Positions 38,815 through 52,263 of a stretch of DNA of 64,000 nt are shown here, one piece after another. Both the position numbers and the translations under genes were made by a program. Within the stretch, counting starts at the first letter, position 1, and every line of letters begins with the position of its first letter. Under the pieces are notes generated by a model that saw nothing but the letters and a program-made list of their open reading frames with translations, was not told the origin of the DNA and made no database searches. The DNA comes from Octopus sinensis (lineage: Eukaryota). The stretch is taken from assembly GCF_006345805.1 (NCBI RefSeq), contig NC_043004.1, forward strand, positions 64,418,001 through 64,482,000, read 5' to 3'.

Positions 38815-38930
38815 ATGGTAAACTAGCAGAACTGTTAGCTCACAGGACAAAACGCCTAGCATTTCATCCATCCTTACAATCTGAGTTCAAATTCTGCTGA
38901 GGTCAACTTTGTCTTTCATCCTTCTGGATT
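38815..38930 (+). mobile_element. SINE family E 5' fragment
   Basis: ctgagttcaaattctgctgaggtcaactttgtctttcatcctt. Confidence 0.7.
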
Positions 38931-38991
<61 letters not shown>

Positions 38992-39107
38992 CTTTTCAAC
39001 AATGGAACTGATAACTGCTAATATCTTTTACTCAGGATATTCTTTAGTTCTTCAACAATGGAACTAAGAACTACTACTATCTTTTATTAAGACTATTCCT
39101 TAATCCT

Positions 39108-39204
39108 TCCCTCTGAAGACAGTATAGTTGGCTTTTATACGGATATCTTTGCTCAAAGAGATATGCATCATATATACAGCTATTCTAGAAACAGCTGTAA
39201 GAGA
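39108..39204 (+). ncRNA. Type I hammerhead-like motif, long stem II, partly decayed
   Basis: UCCCU-CUGAAGA-cAGUAUAGUUG...CAGCUAUUCUa-GAAAC-AGCU-GUA^AGAGA; palindromic stem III ACAGCUGU. Confidence 0.7.
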
Positions 39205-39329
39205 CTTCATGCATAACTTCTTAATCTCTTATTTACTCTAAGAACTCTGCAGTTATGTTTGAATTATAAATTACATGCTCAAATGATGATACCACATATT
39301 TTGCTTGTTCATTCTTTCTTTCTATTATT

Positions 39330-39570
39330 CACTGTTGCTAACTCCTCTTTTATTCCCACACCTTCTGGTCAATATATTATTGTCTGCTGACCTTACAACA
39401 GTCTGTTGCTAATTCATCTTCTGTTCCTTCATTCTCTTCCTCCTACACAATATATGGTTTGCTATTGACCTTATGACAGTGTGTTGCTAACTCGTGTTGT
39501 TAACTCATATCTTACTTGCCCTCTCTGTCCGGTATATTGTTTATTGACCTTATAGCAGTCTGTTGTTAAC
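39330..39570. repeat. ~75 bp degenerate tandem repeat x3
   Basis: Anchor tgacctta...cagt(c/g)tgttg(c/t)taa at ~39388, ~39466 and ~39545. Confidence 0.7.
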
Positions 39571-40019
39571 TTCTCACACCATGTGACTGTGTGTGTGTGT
39601 GTATGTGTATGTATGTGTATGTATGTATGTCTGTTAGTATAGTTGTTTTTATGTGGAAGCCTGTGTCATGCAGATCTTTCTATATGTGTGTCAGTACTTC
39701 TGTGAGGCAATAATGCATTCATTTTAATATATACTTTATGACACATGTGCATACAGAGCTATGTACGTGCATGTGGTGTTTAGGTATGATGCATGTGTGT
39801 GTGTACTTGTGAGAGGAGTCCATGTTTGTAAAAGGCAACTGGACTAAACTTACCCAGATATTTTAAGCTCGCTGTACATCTAAAAGAAAAAGGAAAATGA
39901 ACTACACCATGAATATATTATATATTCTTCATACAACTAAACCTGACTGTCATAGCTTTTTATTTTACTGTTTCTCAGCCTTCATTATCATACAGTATTA
40001 GTAAGTAAGCTTATATATA

Positions 40020-40508
40020 CTAGCAGTATCGCCCGGCGTTGCTCGGGTTTGTAAGGGAAATAACTATATAAGCATTTTTAGAGAGTTACTTCCCTTATAG
40101 ATGCCAATTCGGGCTTTCTTAGCCATTTCTGTTTTGGTGTCTTCAAGCCATGAAGTCGTTGTTCTAAAAGAACGCTGGTCTCCTTGACAACGCATTACGA
40201 CGTTGATTTCCTTACACTCCCTTCCCCACAGCTTCACGAGGGAGGGAAGAAGGGGGAGAAGCAACACAGGTGCAGGTGTGAGCCCTTTATTTAAAAAATA
40301 TGCGTTAAAATGGAAAAAAATTATGGTAAATTATTTTTAAAATCGTAGACTCATTGTAGACGCGCGCTAATACCCAGACGGGCTTGATATGAATCACGAC
40401 TATAAGATACCCGAATTTGGTTAAACTGCACCGCAAAATGTGGGAGTAGTTAGGAATCTAAATTGAAGGGGACACACACTCACACAACTAGAGTTTTATA
40501 TATATAGA
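40020..40508 (-). mobile_element. Non-autonomous Helitron, second copy with a different interior
   Basis: a|ctagcagtatcgcccggcgttgctcggg...ttttatatatataga|t; reverse of the 25140-25639 termini. Confidence 0.9.
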
Positions 40509-40530
40509 TATATATATATATACATATATA

Positions 40531-40915
40531 GGCTGTGTGGTAAGTAGCTTGCTTACCAACCACATGGTTCCGGGTTCAGTCCCACTGCGTGGCACATTGG
40601 GCAGGTATCTTCTGCTATAGCCTCGGGCCAACCAAAGCTTTGTGAGTGGATTTGGTAGACGGAAACTGAAAGAAGCCCGTCGTATATATGCATATATATA
40701 TGTGTGCATGTATGTTTGTGTGTCTGTGTTTGTTCCCCTAGCATTGCTTGACAACCGATGCTGGTGTGTTTATGTCCCCGTCACTTAGCGGTTCAGCAAA
40801 AGAGACCGATAGAATAAGTACTGGGCTTACAAAGAATAAGCCCCGGGGTCGAGTTGCTCGACTAAAGGTGGTGCTCTAGCATGGCCGCAGTCAACTGACT
40901 GAAACAAGTAAAAGA

Positions 40916-40917
<2 letters not shown>
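40531..40917 (+). mobile_element. SINE family A, young
   Basis: Same consensus with CpGs retained. Confidence 0.9.
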
Positions 40918-40954
<37 letters not shown>

Positions 40955-41170
40955 CATGTGTGTGTTTATATGTTTCTGTGTGTACCACAAGACTTGTTGA
41001 CAACATAAACAGCAATAATATATTGACTAAGTTTTCCATTGTGCTTTTCAAGGGTTCTCTTCATTTAATGGTGGTTGTGCTCAAATGAACAATTGAACTA
41101 ACAAGTTTTTCGCAATACCTCATGTTTTGAGTAACCTTCAGTTATTTCCAAAGGTTTTTATTGAACTTTT

Positions 41171-41211
<41 letters not shown>

Positions 41212-41620
41212 TTCGAAACGTAGAGTAGATGAAACCATAGCGACTGAAGAAGGGGTTTTTTCGTTGTGTTAATTGTCCTGTACTCCATTTTTGTTGTTTT
41301 TAAAAAAATGTCCAGTTCCTTTGGTGTTTGTGTCTATGTTTTTCGTCTCTCTATGTGTTCGACGTCCTTTTGGTGTCCTGTACTCATATATGCGTGTATA
41401 TGTACATGTAGAGGTAGGTACGTACAGATATGTTTATATATGCATATGTTTATTCATTTTATAATATATATATATTATATATATATATATGTATATATAT
41501 GTATGCAATGCTGTTGTAACCATTTTGTCTTGGTAAACTGTTGTGTATTTTGATTGGTTGCTGGTAGTTCACATGGACAGTATTACTTTTTTCCTCCATC
41601 AGCCATTTTTCTTCATATAT

Positions 41621-41667
<47 letters not shown>

Positions 41668-42674
41668 CATACACACACATTTTGAGAGGGGTTTTCTATT
41701 TCCTAAGCAAAATTTGGCATTAATTATGATAATTAAATCAGTACTAATTTTTTTTAAATTTCAGTTATAACTATATATATTAAGAAAGCGTTCCTTACAA
41801 AAAGAAAAATGTCTATATATCTAAAGGCAAAAAAAAAGCATGCAGTTTTTCCTTCATTTCTGATTCTTACCCCCATCATCACCACTCACAATATCTACCA
41901 ATCTATCCATTTTTATTCCTCCTCCATTCTTTATCTCTCCCTCTATATCTATCTCTCTACATTTTTTCTTTTCTTGACCTCATTGTCCGAGACACCCCGT
42001 GGAACTTTGCTAGCACAGTGACCACCGTTACAATCACCATGACAACCACAGACACTACCACCACCATCACCACAATGCAACAAAATCACCACTGTAACAT
42101 TAACTACCACAGTCCACCTTCGCTACTACTTCTACCACAACAACAATAACAACAGCTAAGAGTAAATGAGAATCAATCAAAAATTAGTGCAGATAAATGT
42201 CAACAAAGATCAAAGAGTTTATATAATATATCGGGCTTTTTTTTTCTTTCTATTTAGCAAGATTTGTTTGAAGGAGTAACTTGCCCTCTATGTATACTGC
42301 CATGTGTGGAGTGGGGGAAATTGGGGGGGGGGCAACTGACTATATATGCAGGTATGAATGTGTGTGTATATGTGTGTGTGAATACATATATGCATATATG
42401 TGTGTGTGTGTGTATGTATATATATATATATACACATATATATATATATTCATATATATGTACACACACACATATATATATACACACATATATGCACACA
42501 CACACACACACACATACATATATACATATATATATATATGTATATATGCATGTGTTTATGTAAATACACGTATTTGTATATATATACACATATATATATA
42601 TATGTATATATGCATGTGTATATGTATATACACATGTGTTTATGTATATACACATGTATATATACATGTATGTG

Positions 42675-42743
<69 letters not shown>

Positions 42744-43624
42744 ATATATATATATATATTTATGTGTGCATGTGTATGTTTGTGCGTAAATACACACACA
42801 CACACCTACACTCTAAGTATGTATGTTATAGGCAAACAATCTGTGTCTATTGTACAGTTACTTGTCAGATGAAAGGTTATGAACTTTTGCATGGAGAACA
42901 TAACTATTGCGACTGTGGTGATTCTTTGCAACTACGAACAGTTCCATGAACAGGGTTTCCTCTCCAAATATTGATCACTTGCCAATCTTCCATATGTATA
43001 TTTATGAATGTGTGTATATATGCATGCATATATATGTACACATGTGTGCATATATGTATGTGCATATATGTATATATATATATGTGTGTGTGTATGCATG
43101 CATGTGTGTGTTTATATTTATCTATGTATGTGTATGCCTGTATGTGCATGTGTATGCGTCCATGTTTATAAACGTATGTGTGTATGAATTTGTTAGTAAT
43201 TTTGCTTTATTTCTGTTAATCTCTATGATTTATTAGACTTGCTTTACATAAAGCCATTTATCTATTCAAATGTGTCTGCAGTATTTGATATATATATATA
43301 TATTATATATATATAGATATATATATATATATATATACATACACATACATTTTTTTTTTGTGAGGAACTATTTCAGACACATACACATAAATTAGGATAA
43401 CCAATATAGTAATGATGCCTGCTGAGACAGAAATGTGTGTCTACAGCCAGACAATCAAACTGTCTTTTCCTGAATGTCATGTCAGTCATGAAGAACTGTT
43501 GAGTCTCCAAATTATCTCCCCTTGTCATTTGAAGTTGCGTCCAGTTGCCACAAGGCATTTGTTTGTTTTCTCTCAAAGGAATTTATGTTGTATGGTATTC
43601 ATTATACTACTGCTTGTATATATT

Positions 43625-43830
43625 TTTATTCTTTTACTTGTTTCAGTCATTTGACTGTAGCCATACTGGAGCACCACCTTTAGTCGAGCAAATCGACCTC
43701 GGGACTTATTCTTTGTAAGCTCTATTGGTCTCTTTTGCCGATTCACTATGTTATGAGGATGTAAACATACCAACATTGGTTGTTAAGCAATGTTGCGAGC
43801 ACAAACACAGACACACAAACATATACACAC
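43625..43830 (-). mobile_element. SINE family A 3' half
   Basis: ttacttgtttcagtcatttgactgtagccatactggagcacc. Confidence 0.8.
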
Positions 43831-44714
43831 ACCACTTATGTATATGTGTCTATGTGTAATCATGCATATTTATATTCACTTCTCAGTTTTGGTTTGTCTA
43901 TATTTGAGTATTTATTGTCTATTTTATCCCTATAAATTCCATTAAGCAGTACTAAATAGTAAACGGTACCATAACCCCAATCTGAATTCTTTGATAGACA
44001 TATATTTTGGTTATTCCTTTAGTTTCTGAGTATTTAATTAAATTTTTAGGATTTACTGAAAAAAATGTCTTGGATATTTTATCTATTTATTAGAAATTTA
44101 ACAAAACATTTATTTTGTTGTTTATAGAGCGTAAGTTAATTCTTTTCTGGTTAGTAATAAAGAAATTAATATTTTTAACTATTAAGGCTAGTTAATTTTA
44201 TTTTAACTGTTAAGAGTTAGTTTTCTTTTTCTTTTTTTTTTTTGTCAGTTCATCTGGAAAGATTTATACTTTTCACAATCTAAAAATGGGAGTCTGTATG
44301 TGGCTGTCATACCTAAAAGAAATAGTGACCAAATTTGGCCTAAACGAAAAAGATGCACAGAGAGAATGAAAGTAAGAGAAAAGGAGGTAGTGAAAGAAAA
44401 AAATGGGAGTACCTGAAATATATTTCTAAAAATTGCATTCTTCTATTTTCTACTTAAATTCTAAATCTAATATTTTTGGAAGTTTGATTAATGAATATGT
44501 CGTTGGTTAAGAATTCAGGATTCAATTGAAGAATTTACAATGCTTCATTGCAATGAATATTGTTGAGTTTGATCAGAGGCAGGAATATACGGTTCAGAAG
44601 TTTGCTTTCTAGATTTGCTTAGTTTTTTTTTTTTTGAGATCTTCTGGCATGGCTTCTGATTGACCAATGCCTTGTGAGTGGATTTTGGTGGATAGAGACT
44701 TAGTAGAAAGCAAG

Positions 44715-45152
44715 GCAGCGAGCTGGCAGAAACATTAGCATGCTGGGTGAAATACTTAGTGGTATTTCGTCTGCCATTCAAATTCCGCCAAGGTCGACTT
44801 TGCCTTTCATCCTTTCAGGGTCAATAAATTAAGTACCAGTTACACACTGGGGTCGATGTAATCGATTTAATCCCTTTGTCTGTCCTTGTTTGTCCCCTCC
44901 ATGTTTAGTCCCTTGTAGGCAATAAAGAAATAAGAAATATTAGCACACTGGGTGAAATGCTTAGTGGTATATCGTCTGTCTTTACATTCTGAGTTCAAAT
45001 TCCACCGAGGTCCACTTTGCCTTTCATCCTTTCAGGGTCGATAAATTAAGTACCAGTTATGCACTGGGGTTGATGTAATCGACTTAACCCCTATGTCTGT
45101 CCTTGTTTGTCCCCTCTATGTTTAGCCCCTTGTGGGCCATAAAGACATAAGA
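44715..45152 (+). mobile_element. SINE family E tandem dimer
   Basis: gactttgcctttcatcctttcagggtc..aagtaccagtt..ggggtcgatgtaatcga block twice. Confidence 0.88.
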
Positions 45153-45481
45153 GATGAAGCGGAAGGCCATTGTTTCAAGGAGTTAAAGGAAAGCTGTATT
45201 CTTAAAGAAAGGTATTGCAATTATTAATCCTAGCTAGCTAGGTAGGTTATGTTTAGCTGAGAAATTGCTGTTGATGTTACAATCAAGATACAGGAGATCT
45301 GTGAAATAAAAAACACCAAAGATTATGAAAGGCAAGTTCATATATATGTATAGGCACATAAAATATTTAATATACTGGTATGTGTGTGAGTGTGTGTGCG
45401 TGTGCATGCATATGTGTGTATGTATGTGCATATATATACTTTTACTGGTTTTGGTTTTTTGAGGATTAGAGTATAAAATAT

Positions 45482-45905
45482 ATCATCATCATCGTTTAAT
45501 GTTTGCTTTCCATACTAGCATGGGTTGGATGATTTGACTGAGAACTGGTGAACCAGATGGCTGCACCAGGCTCCAGTCTGATCTGGCAGAGTTTCTATAG
45601 TTGGATGCACTTCCTAATGCCAACCACTCCGAGAGTGTAGTGGGTGCTATTACATGCCACCGGCACGGGGGCCAGTCAGGCGGAACTGGCAATGGCCATG
45701 CTCAAATGGTGCTTCTTATGTGCCACCTGCACAGAAGCCCGTCCAGCAGCACTGACAATTACCTCGCTTGAATGTTTTTTCACATGTCACCAGCACAACT
45801 GCCAATAAGGCAAAGCAGGTAACGATCACGCTCGAATGGTGCTTTTTATGTGCCACCGGTAAGGAAGCCAGTTTGTTGCTCTGGTAACGATCACACTCGA
45901 ATATT
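45482..45905 (-). mobile_element. Family B element with internal sub-repeats
   Basis: Tail plus three ggtgct..ta(c/t)gtgccacc-type modules. Confidence 0.85.
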
Positions 45906-46516
45906 GTATTTGTAAAAAGACTTATTATACAAATATGACTTATTATACAAAGAAATGAATTTAGTATTTCACAGAAGTAAAAATAATACAAAACATTAAA
46001 AATTTAAAATAGCTATGAGGCTCTGTAGTGGAAGTGGTATAATTCTCGTGTGTGTGTGTGTGTGTGTGTCTGCATGCATGCTAAAAAGTGTGTGTATTTC
46101 ATGTCAAAGTCTTTATTAATTTATATTGTGCAGTCATGGTTTGTTATATAAAATAATGAATTTTCAATTGTGAATTATATTGTGATCCATGGAAAGGTAT
46201 GATGTATATTTAATGTATAGATAAATACAGATGTATTAAAACAGTTTTTAAAAACATGTGACAAGTTTTGTAGAGTTATTCTTTTCTAACCAACGAAAGC
46301 AGTCTCTCCCAGCCAACCATAATTGTCAGTGGAGTGAAAATAAAAACAGATTGGAGTTTAAAAGTTGTAATAAAACAGCCAGCATCTTAGGACATATGTA
46401 ACTTATAATCTTAGACTGTGTCATTCATTAAATTATTTGAGAGAAGGTTTGGTTTGAACATTTAACTGTGTTTGATTTTAAATATGTTTCTGTATGTTGT
46501 GTGCGTATATATATAA

Positions 46517-46583
<67 letters not shown>

Positions 46584-47082
46584 TGTGTGTTGTGTGGGTA
46601 CAAATGTATGTAAATATGTATGTGCTATCATCATCATCATTGTCATCGTTTAATGTCTGCTTTCCATGCTGTCATGGGTTGGATGGTTGAATGTGTGTAT
46701 GTGTGTGTATATATATATATGTGTGTGTGTAAATATAATACGTGACAATTATTTGACCAAAAAATTGTCACATATTACATTTACAGATAAATTCCTCTAT
46801 TTACATAATATCAAGGTCTCTTTCATTCTTTTGTCGTTTTGCCATTTCTATCAATATATATAAATGTATGTATATATGTGTTGTGTCAGTATATATAAAT
46901 GTCTGTATATATATATATATATATAGCTGTGTATATGTATACATGTAGATATATATAGATATATATGAGTATGTATGTGAAAGAATTGTGTGTGTGCATA
47001 TGTGTGCATGTTTGAGAATTATATATATACATATAGCTGATTGTATATGCACAAATGTATATATATAATAACGATGATGATG

Positions 47083-47124
<42 letters not shown>

Positions 47125-48035
47125 GAGATTTTAAAACCTACCAGTGTTTTGATAACTACGTTCACTGATGCTGCCCTGTATTCCTTAGTGGACATTGACA
47201 AAAGTGGATGACTTGTGTGGTAGATATAAATCTTACATACGCATGCATATATGTATCATTCATTTTCTTTGAAGAAGGGAGATGTGTTTATCCTCCTGGG
47301 AGATGTGTTTATCCACCCTTCACTATGGCACAAAATGTCTTTTTTTGTTTTACAAATTTTTATGAAACTGTTTTTCTGCCAATGGAAATCATCACTATTT
47401 TCCCTTGATTCTGAGTTGTTCTTCATCTACATCAGTAAAATGTGTGAGTCAAAATGTGTTTGTGTGAGTGTCTGTATGTGTATATATAGAAAGTATGTAT
47501 ATATATGTATAGAGAGAGAGAGAGAGTGTATGCATATATAGATATATATATATATAAGTATATATATATGCGTACATATATGTGTGTGTGTAAAATGTGT
47601 GTATATATATATATATATATATATGCAAAGAGAGAGAGGGGGGAGAAGGTATATGTGTATATATATATAGAGTGTGTGTTTATGTGTATATAATATTATA
47701 TATATAGACACATAAACACACACTCTCTCTATACATATATACACATATACCTTCTCCCTCTCTCTCTATATATATATGAGAGAGAGGGTGTATGTGTGTA
47801 TATGTGTGTGTGTGAGAGAGAGAGAAAGAGAATGTATATATGTATGTATGTATGTATCTATTCATACTACCAACTGGTTTCTAACCCTGTTTCAGAAAAA
47901 ATAATAACATTAGTCATTATTCACAAATGCAAGTAATTATGATTTCATATATATATATATATCTGAACAAATGAAAGTAGCAACCAAGGATTTTCGTTGG
48001 ATTAATATGTACTTAACAACAGTTTGACTCAATTC

Positions 48036-48085
48036 CTTATAACTTAGTTTCCTGTGTGTAGAACATGTCCACATCATCAGATATT
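48036..48085 (-). ncRNA. Hammerhead-like motif, left arm
   Basis: Minus: AUAU-CUGAUGA-UGUG..CACAg-GAAAC-UAA-GUU^AUA. Confidence 0.5.
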
Positions 48086-48656
48086 CTGAGTCAGAGAAGA
48101 GAATTCAAAAAAAATTTTAAATGGGTTCAAGGTGAGCACATTTCAGCCTCTGTTGGTCAGTTCAGACAACATGGTCGATTTAGCTATCTTAGAACACACC
48201 AGTTATTTGAACAGAAGCCCCATGTGGTAAAGCAGACAGAATGTTGCTGTCAATTAGCTGAAACTCTGCATTTGTGAGATTTCAATGATGTCAGTTCTTA
48301 CACTGGATGCTACATGTGGTTAGTCAACATTCTGTAGCAAAGTGTGATATTTCAGTAACAATAGTTCCCATGTGGGAGAAGTAATATATGAGTATATATA
48401 ACCCACATGAATCTCTACAAGCAATTCCTTGTGTGTGGGTTAACTGGGCCTACTGTGTCACTAGGATATTATGCCCTGCAGAATCTTGATTAACATCAAT
48501 ATCCAGTCTACTTTAATACATGAACCTTCTTACTGAAGAAACTGATGTCTCTAAGATAGCTAACAGTCATGTAACATGGACTGATTGATGGAGGCTTGAA
48601 TACTCTCTCTTGGAAACTTTTTTTTTCCCCATAAATTCCCTTGTTCCTTGCTCTGA

Positions 48657-48706
48657 ATATCTGATGATGTAGATGTGTTCCATGTGCATGAAACTTTAAG
48701 TAATGT
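48657..48706 (+). ncRNA. Hammerhead-like motif, right arm
   Basis: AUAU-CUGAUGA-UGUAGAUG uguuc CAUGUGCAu-GAAAC-UUUAA-GUA^AUGU. Confidence 0.6.
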
Positions 48707-48983
48707 GGTGCTGAGTTAAACTGTTATTACAAACACACATATATATATGATGATATGCATTATATTTGTATGCACACAGACACATATGTGCACATATTCA
48801 GTATACAGACATACGTACAGAACACATATATAGGCATATTTTAATTTTTTGTTTTTTGTTTTTTTATTTTTTTACCTTTTTTCTGTTGTTAGAAACAAAC
48901 AAAGCAACATATACAATGGGTGTATATTTGCAAGACATTAAGTTTATTGTTGTTATCTTATTTCTTCTGAATTCTTCTTCTAG

Positions 48984-49042
48984 GCATGGGAGTGAACCCA
49001 CAACCCACAACTCACTACATGTAGGTAGGTTGTGCACATCTG
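48984..49042 (+). other. Candidate exon with two in-frame alternative donors (after 49024 and 49042)
   Basis: ttcttctgaattcttcttctag|GCATGG...GTAG|gtaggt...TCTG|gtaagc; phase 2 reads HGSEPTTHNSLHV(GRLCTS). Confidence 0.4.
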
Positions 49043-49244
49043 GTAAGCGTTGTTGGTCTTTGTGAACTAAAACCAAAAAAAAAAAGAACTATTAACTCTT
49101 CTCTATCCTGTCATTGCCTCCTATATATTATATATACACTTGGTTTTTTGGTCAGTGAGCTTGGGGTATTGTTGTGGAATTCTGTCTTTCTATTTTTTTC
49201 TTCTTCTTTTCCTTCTCAGTAAAACACACACATACAATAATATA

Positions 49245-49292
<48 letters not shown>

Positions 49293-49364
49293 TATGTATA
49301 TATTATATACATATATATATATATGTATATATATATATAATATAGTATATATATATATATATAT

Positions 49365-49397
<33 letters not shown>

Positions 49398-50400
49398 CAT
49401 GTGTGTATGTGTGTGTATATATAAGTAATGTATTATACGTGCGTGTGTGGTGTTCTCTTTTTTGTGTTATATATATATATTAACACATGTAATTGTGAAT
49501 AATAGAGATATTTACTTGTATCAATGTATACATATGTATGTTGTATGTTCACAGATCTATATACATATTTGTATAGTTATATATACATGTATATATACAT
49601 ATATGTATATATGCACATGTATTTATGTATGCATATGTATGTTTACATGTATAGATATAAACCTATACAAATATATATATATATATATATGCATATGTAT
49701 ATATACACATTTACATACATACATATGTGCGTACATGTCTACACAAGCATATATCAATATCTGTGTACAAAGGAATCTTTTGTTTTGTTTTTTTATCTTC
49801 GTGTGTTTCTTTGTGAGTATGTCTTTGAGTTTTCAAACATTGGTACGAGATAGTCCTTTTGCCATTAGTTGGAAGCTTTTCTCGTTCCTTGGCACACCAA
49901 TTCTACTGCCACTCTTTCTTGCTTGTTGCATTTTGTTTTGATGTTATTCCTTGGTGCCTTGTTCTTGACCATAGCTGCTGGAATCTGTTGTTCTTGGTGT
50001 ATTGAATTTTAACATTTTCTCTGTCTCTCTCTCTTTCATATTCTCTCTCTCTCTCTATCTATCAATCAATCTATCTATCTATTTTATGTTCTCTCTTTTC
50101 CTTTAATGATCTAATTAACCCTTTCACTCTTTCTTTCTAACGAAATGTATGTATTGAAAATCCCCATTGGCAGTAAAAAAGAAAACAGCTTTCCTTACAA
50201 AGAACCTTGCTAAAGAAGGCCGAATATTCTCATCTGTTCCGACCATTCTCTTTTTGTCTCTTTCTCACCATTTGTGTATGTGCATCTGTGTTTATATATA
50301 TATATATATATATACACATATGCAGGTGTGTGTGTGTGTGTATGTATGTTTGTGTGAGCGTGTCTGAATTTTTTTCTCTGTGTGTGTATGTGTGTACATA

Positions 50401-50435
<35 letters not shown>

Positions 50436-51005
50436 AGAGAGAGAGAGAGAGAGAGATCTGTTTTTTTCCTTCTTGTTTCTCCTTAACCTTGTGAAACACA
50501 CTACTATTAGAAATAGCACCCAAATCTCCCTCATAAAACCCTGCCTTTTTAAGACAACACAGTCCTAGATACCCAGCATTAAATGCACAAGATGGTCATG
50601 GCATAAAGACTTAGAATCGCAGATGTAAGCAACAGCAACAACACTTGTTAAACTATCCTCCAATCACTATTAGCCTTCAGCCATTTCAACTGACTCTGCC
50701 TCATACCAGTTGCATTAGAACCATCAGTGATTAAGTTGCAGTTGGTGCAATGAACATTTTGACACCAAATAATAAATCTTTAAGTGAAGTTTAGCCTTTG
50801 CACATTTTTAGATGACCAATATTTGTCCTTCGTGCTGTAATTATTTCAGTTCCAATACATGGTCTTGGAGATCATATCACTTGCCAGACAAGCACATATC
50901 TGAATATTTTTTATGTTGTCCTAATAATAATTGCCTCCCACCTTCTAATTCATTGTTACACTTAAGCCTTCCACTCACCATCCCAGTTAGATGCATTCTC
51001 TATAT

Positions 51006-51185
51006 CAGTAGTTCCCAACTAGGGTTCATGTGATTCTTGGGGGCCCATAAAACCTTTGAGGGTCATGTGACATTTGAGGGTGGGGGTGTCCATATAAGGT
51101 TTTGTTGAAATATATGTCAATAAACTGATTATAATTATTTAATACACAAAATATTTTAACAATTTTCTTAAAACATTCCTAATAA
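51006..51185 (+). mobile_element. hAT-like MITE end fragment
   Basis: Starts cagtagttcccaac, resembling the CAGTGGTTCCCAA hAT/Charlie TIR; other end not seen. Confidence 0.4.
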
Positions 51186-51189
51186 TATA

Positions 51190-51598
51190 GGCGCAGGAGT
51201 GGCTGTGTGGTAAGTAGCTTGCTAACCAGCCACATGGTTCCGGGTTCAGTCCCACTGTGTGGCATCTTGGGCAAGTGTCTTCTGCTATAGCCCCGGGCCG
51301 ACCAATGCCTTGTGAGTGGATTTGGTAGACGGAAACTGAAAGAAGCCTGTCATATATATGTATATATGTATATATATATGTGTGTGTATGTGTTCATGTG
51401 TCTGTGTCCCCCTAGCATTGCTTGACAACCGATGCTGGTGTGTTTACGTCCCCGTCACTTAGCGGTTCGGCAAAAGAGTCCGATAGAATAAGTACTGGGC
51501 TTACAAAGAATAAGTCCCAGGGTCGATTTGCTTGACTAAAGGCGGTGCTCCAGCATGGCCGCAGTCAAATGACTGAAACAAGTAAAAGAGAGTAAATA
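51190..51598 (+). mobile_element. SINE family A, full length, young
   Basis: ggcgcaggagtggc...ggcggtgctccagcatggccgcagtcaaatgactgaaacaagtaaaag. Confidence 0.9.
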
Positions 51599-51610
51599 GT
51601 AATATATATA

Positions 51611-51973
51611 AAACAAGAGCACTCAGAGAGTGCAAACCTCTGTCAAGACAACACCAACGTCCTCTCAACGATTAGCCGGAGATGATTTTTAAAATGTGAA
51701 TATCTGAAATAAACTTGATTGCTCTCACAAACAAGAATACAAAAAATGAACTCAACCACTCTCAGAAATTAAGTAAAAAGCAGGAAAAATAATCCAAAAT
51801 CCTTGCCCGGTACCAGATCGATCCCAAAATCTAATCAGTTTGTTCCAGTCTCGAGGCCAAACATCCCTGAAAGTTCCATCCGAATCCATCCAGCGGTTCT
51901 TGAGATATCCACAGACAAACAAACAAACCCGACTGAAGACAATACCTCTGCCTTCGCTAAGGCGGAGGTAATA
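51611..51973. mobile_element. Helentron/HINE-like element, most complete copy
   Basis: aacaagagcactcagagagtgc, subterminal aacctctgtc, terminal hairpin acctctgccttcgctaaggcggaggt. Confidence 0.7.
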
Positions 51974-51994
51974 AAAAAAAAGACCCCCTGCGTT

Positions 51995-52263
51995 CATAAA
52001 TGACCATGAGATTGCACCTAGAAGGTTACCCTCCAAGGTACAAGTCCAAGCAAGGTGGTTTATGGAAGACCAGCAGTCACCTATGCATACCAGCTTCCCC
52101 TCTCCGTGCCACCGATGTTATCCATGGGAAAGGCAATGACTGATACAGCTTGGCACAAGTGACATTGCAACTCATATCTACAGCTGAGTGAACTGGAGAA
52201 ACGTGAAATAAAGTGTCTTGCTCAAGAACATAACACACAGCCTGGTCCCGGAATTGAACACAC
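51995..52263 (-). mobile_element. SINE family C running into the gap
   Basis: Very similar to 29912-30134. Confidence 0.85.

Larger units (their letters stand above)
48005..48740. repeat. ~730 bp imperfect palindrome of two diverged copies of a hammerhead-bearing element
   Basis: Matching blocks in inverted order: tgagt(c/t)aaactgtt, gaatatctgatgatgt, ctaagatagcta, gtct(g/a)cttta, catgtggg/cccacatg. Confidence 0.8.

Noticed and set aside
41210-41260. ttcGAAACGTAgagt followed by CTGAAGA
   Set aside because: No matching 5' half or stems can be built; at most a truncated half-motif.
42870-42925. cagatga-aaggttatg...cataac hammerhead-like stem
   Set aside because: Core mutated and GAAA absent.
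43415-43470. ctgctga-gacag...ctgtc hammerhead-like stem (similar cases at 11706 and 48532)
   Set aside because: No GAAA or cleavage triplet after stem II.
50780-50970. Possible very old RTE C-terminal remnant (also 33790-33900)
   Set aside because: Too degenerate to support by eye.
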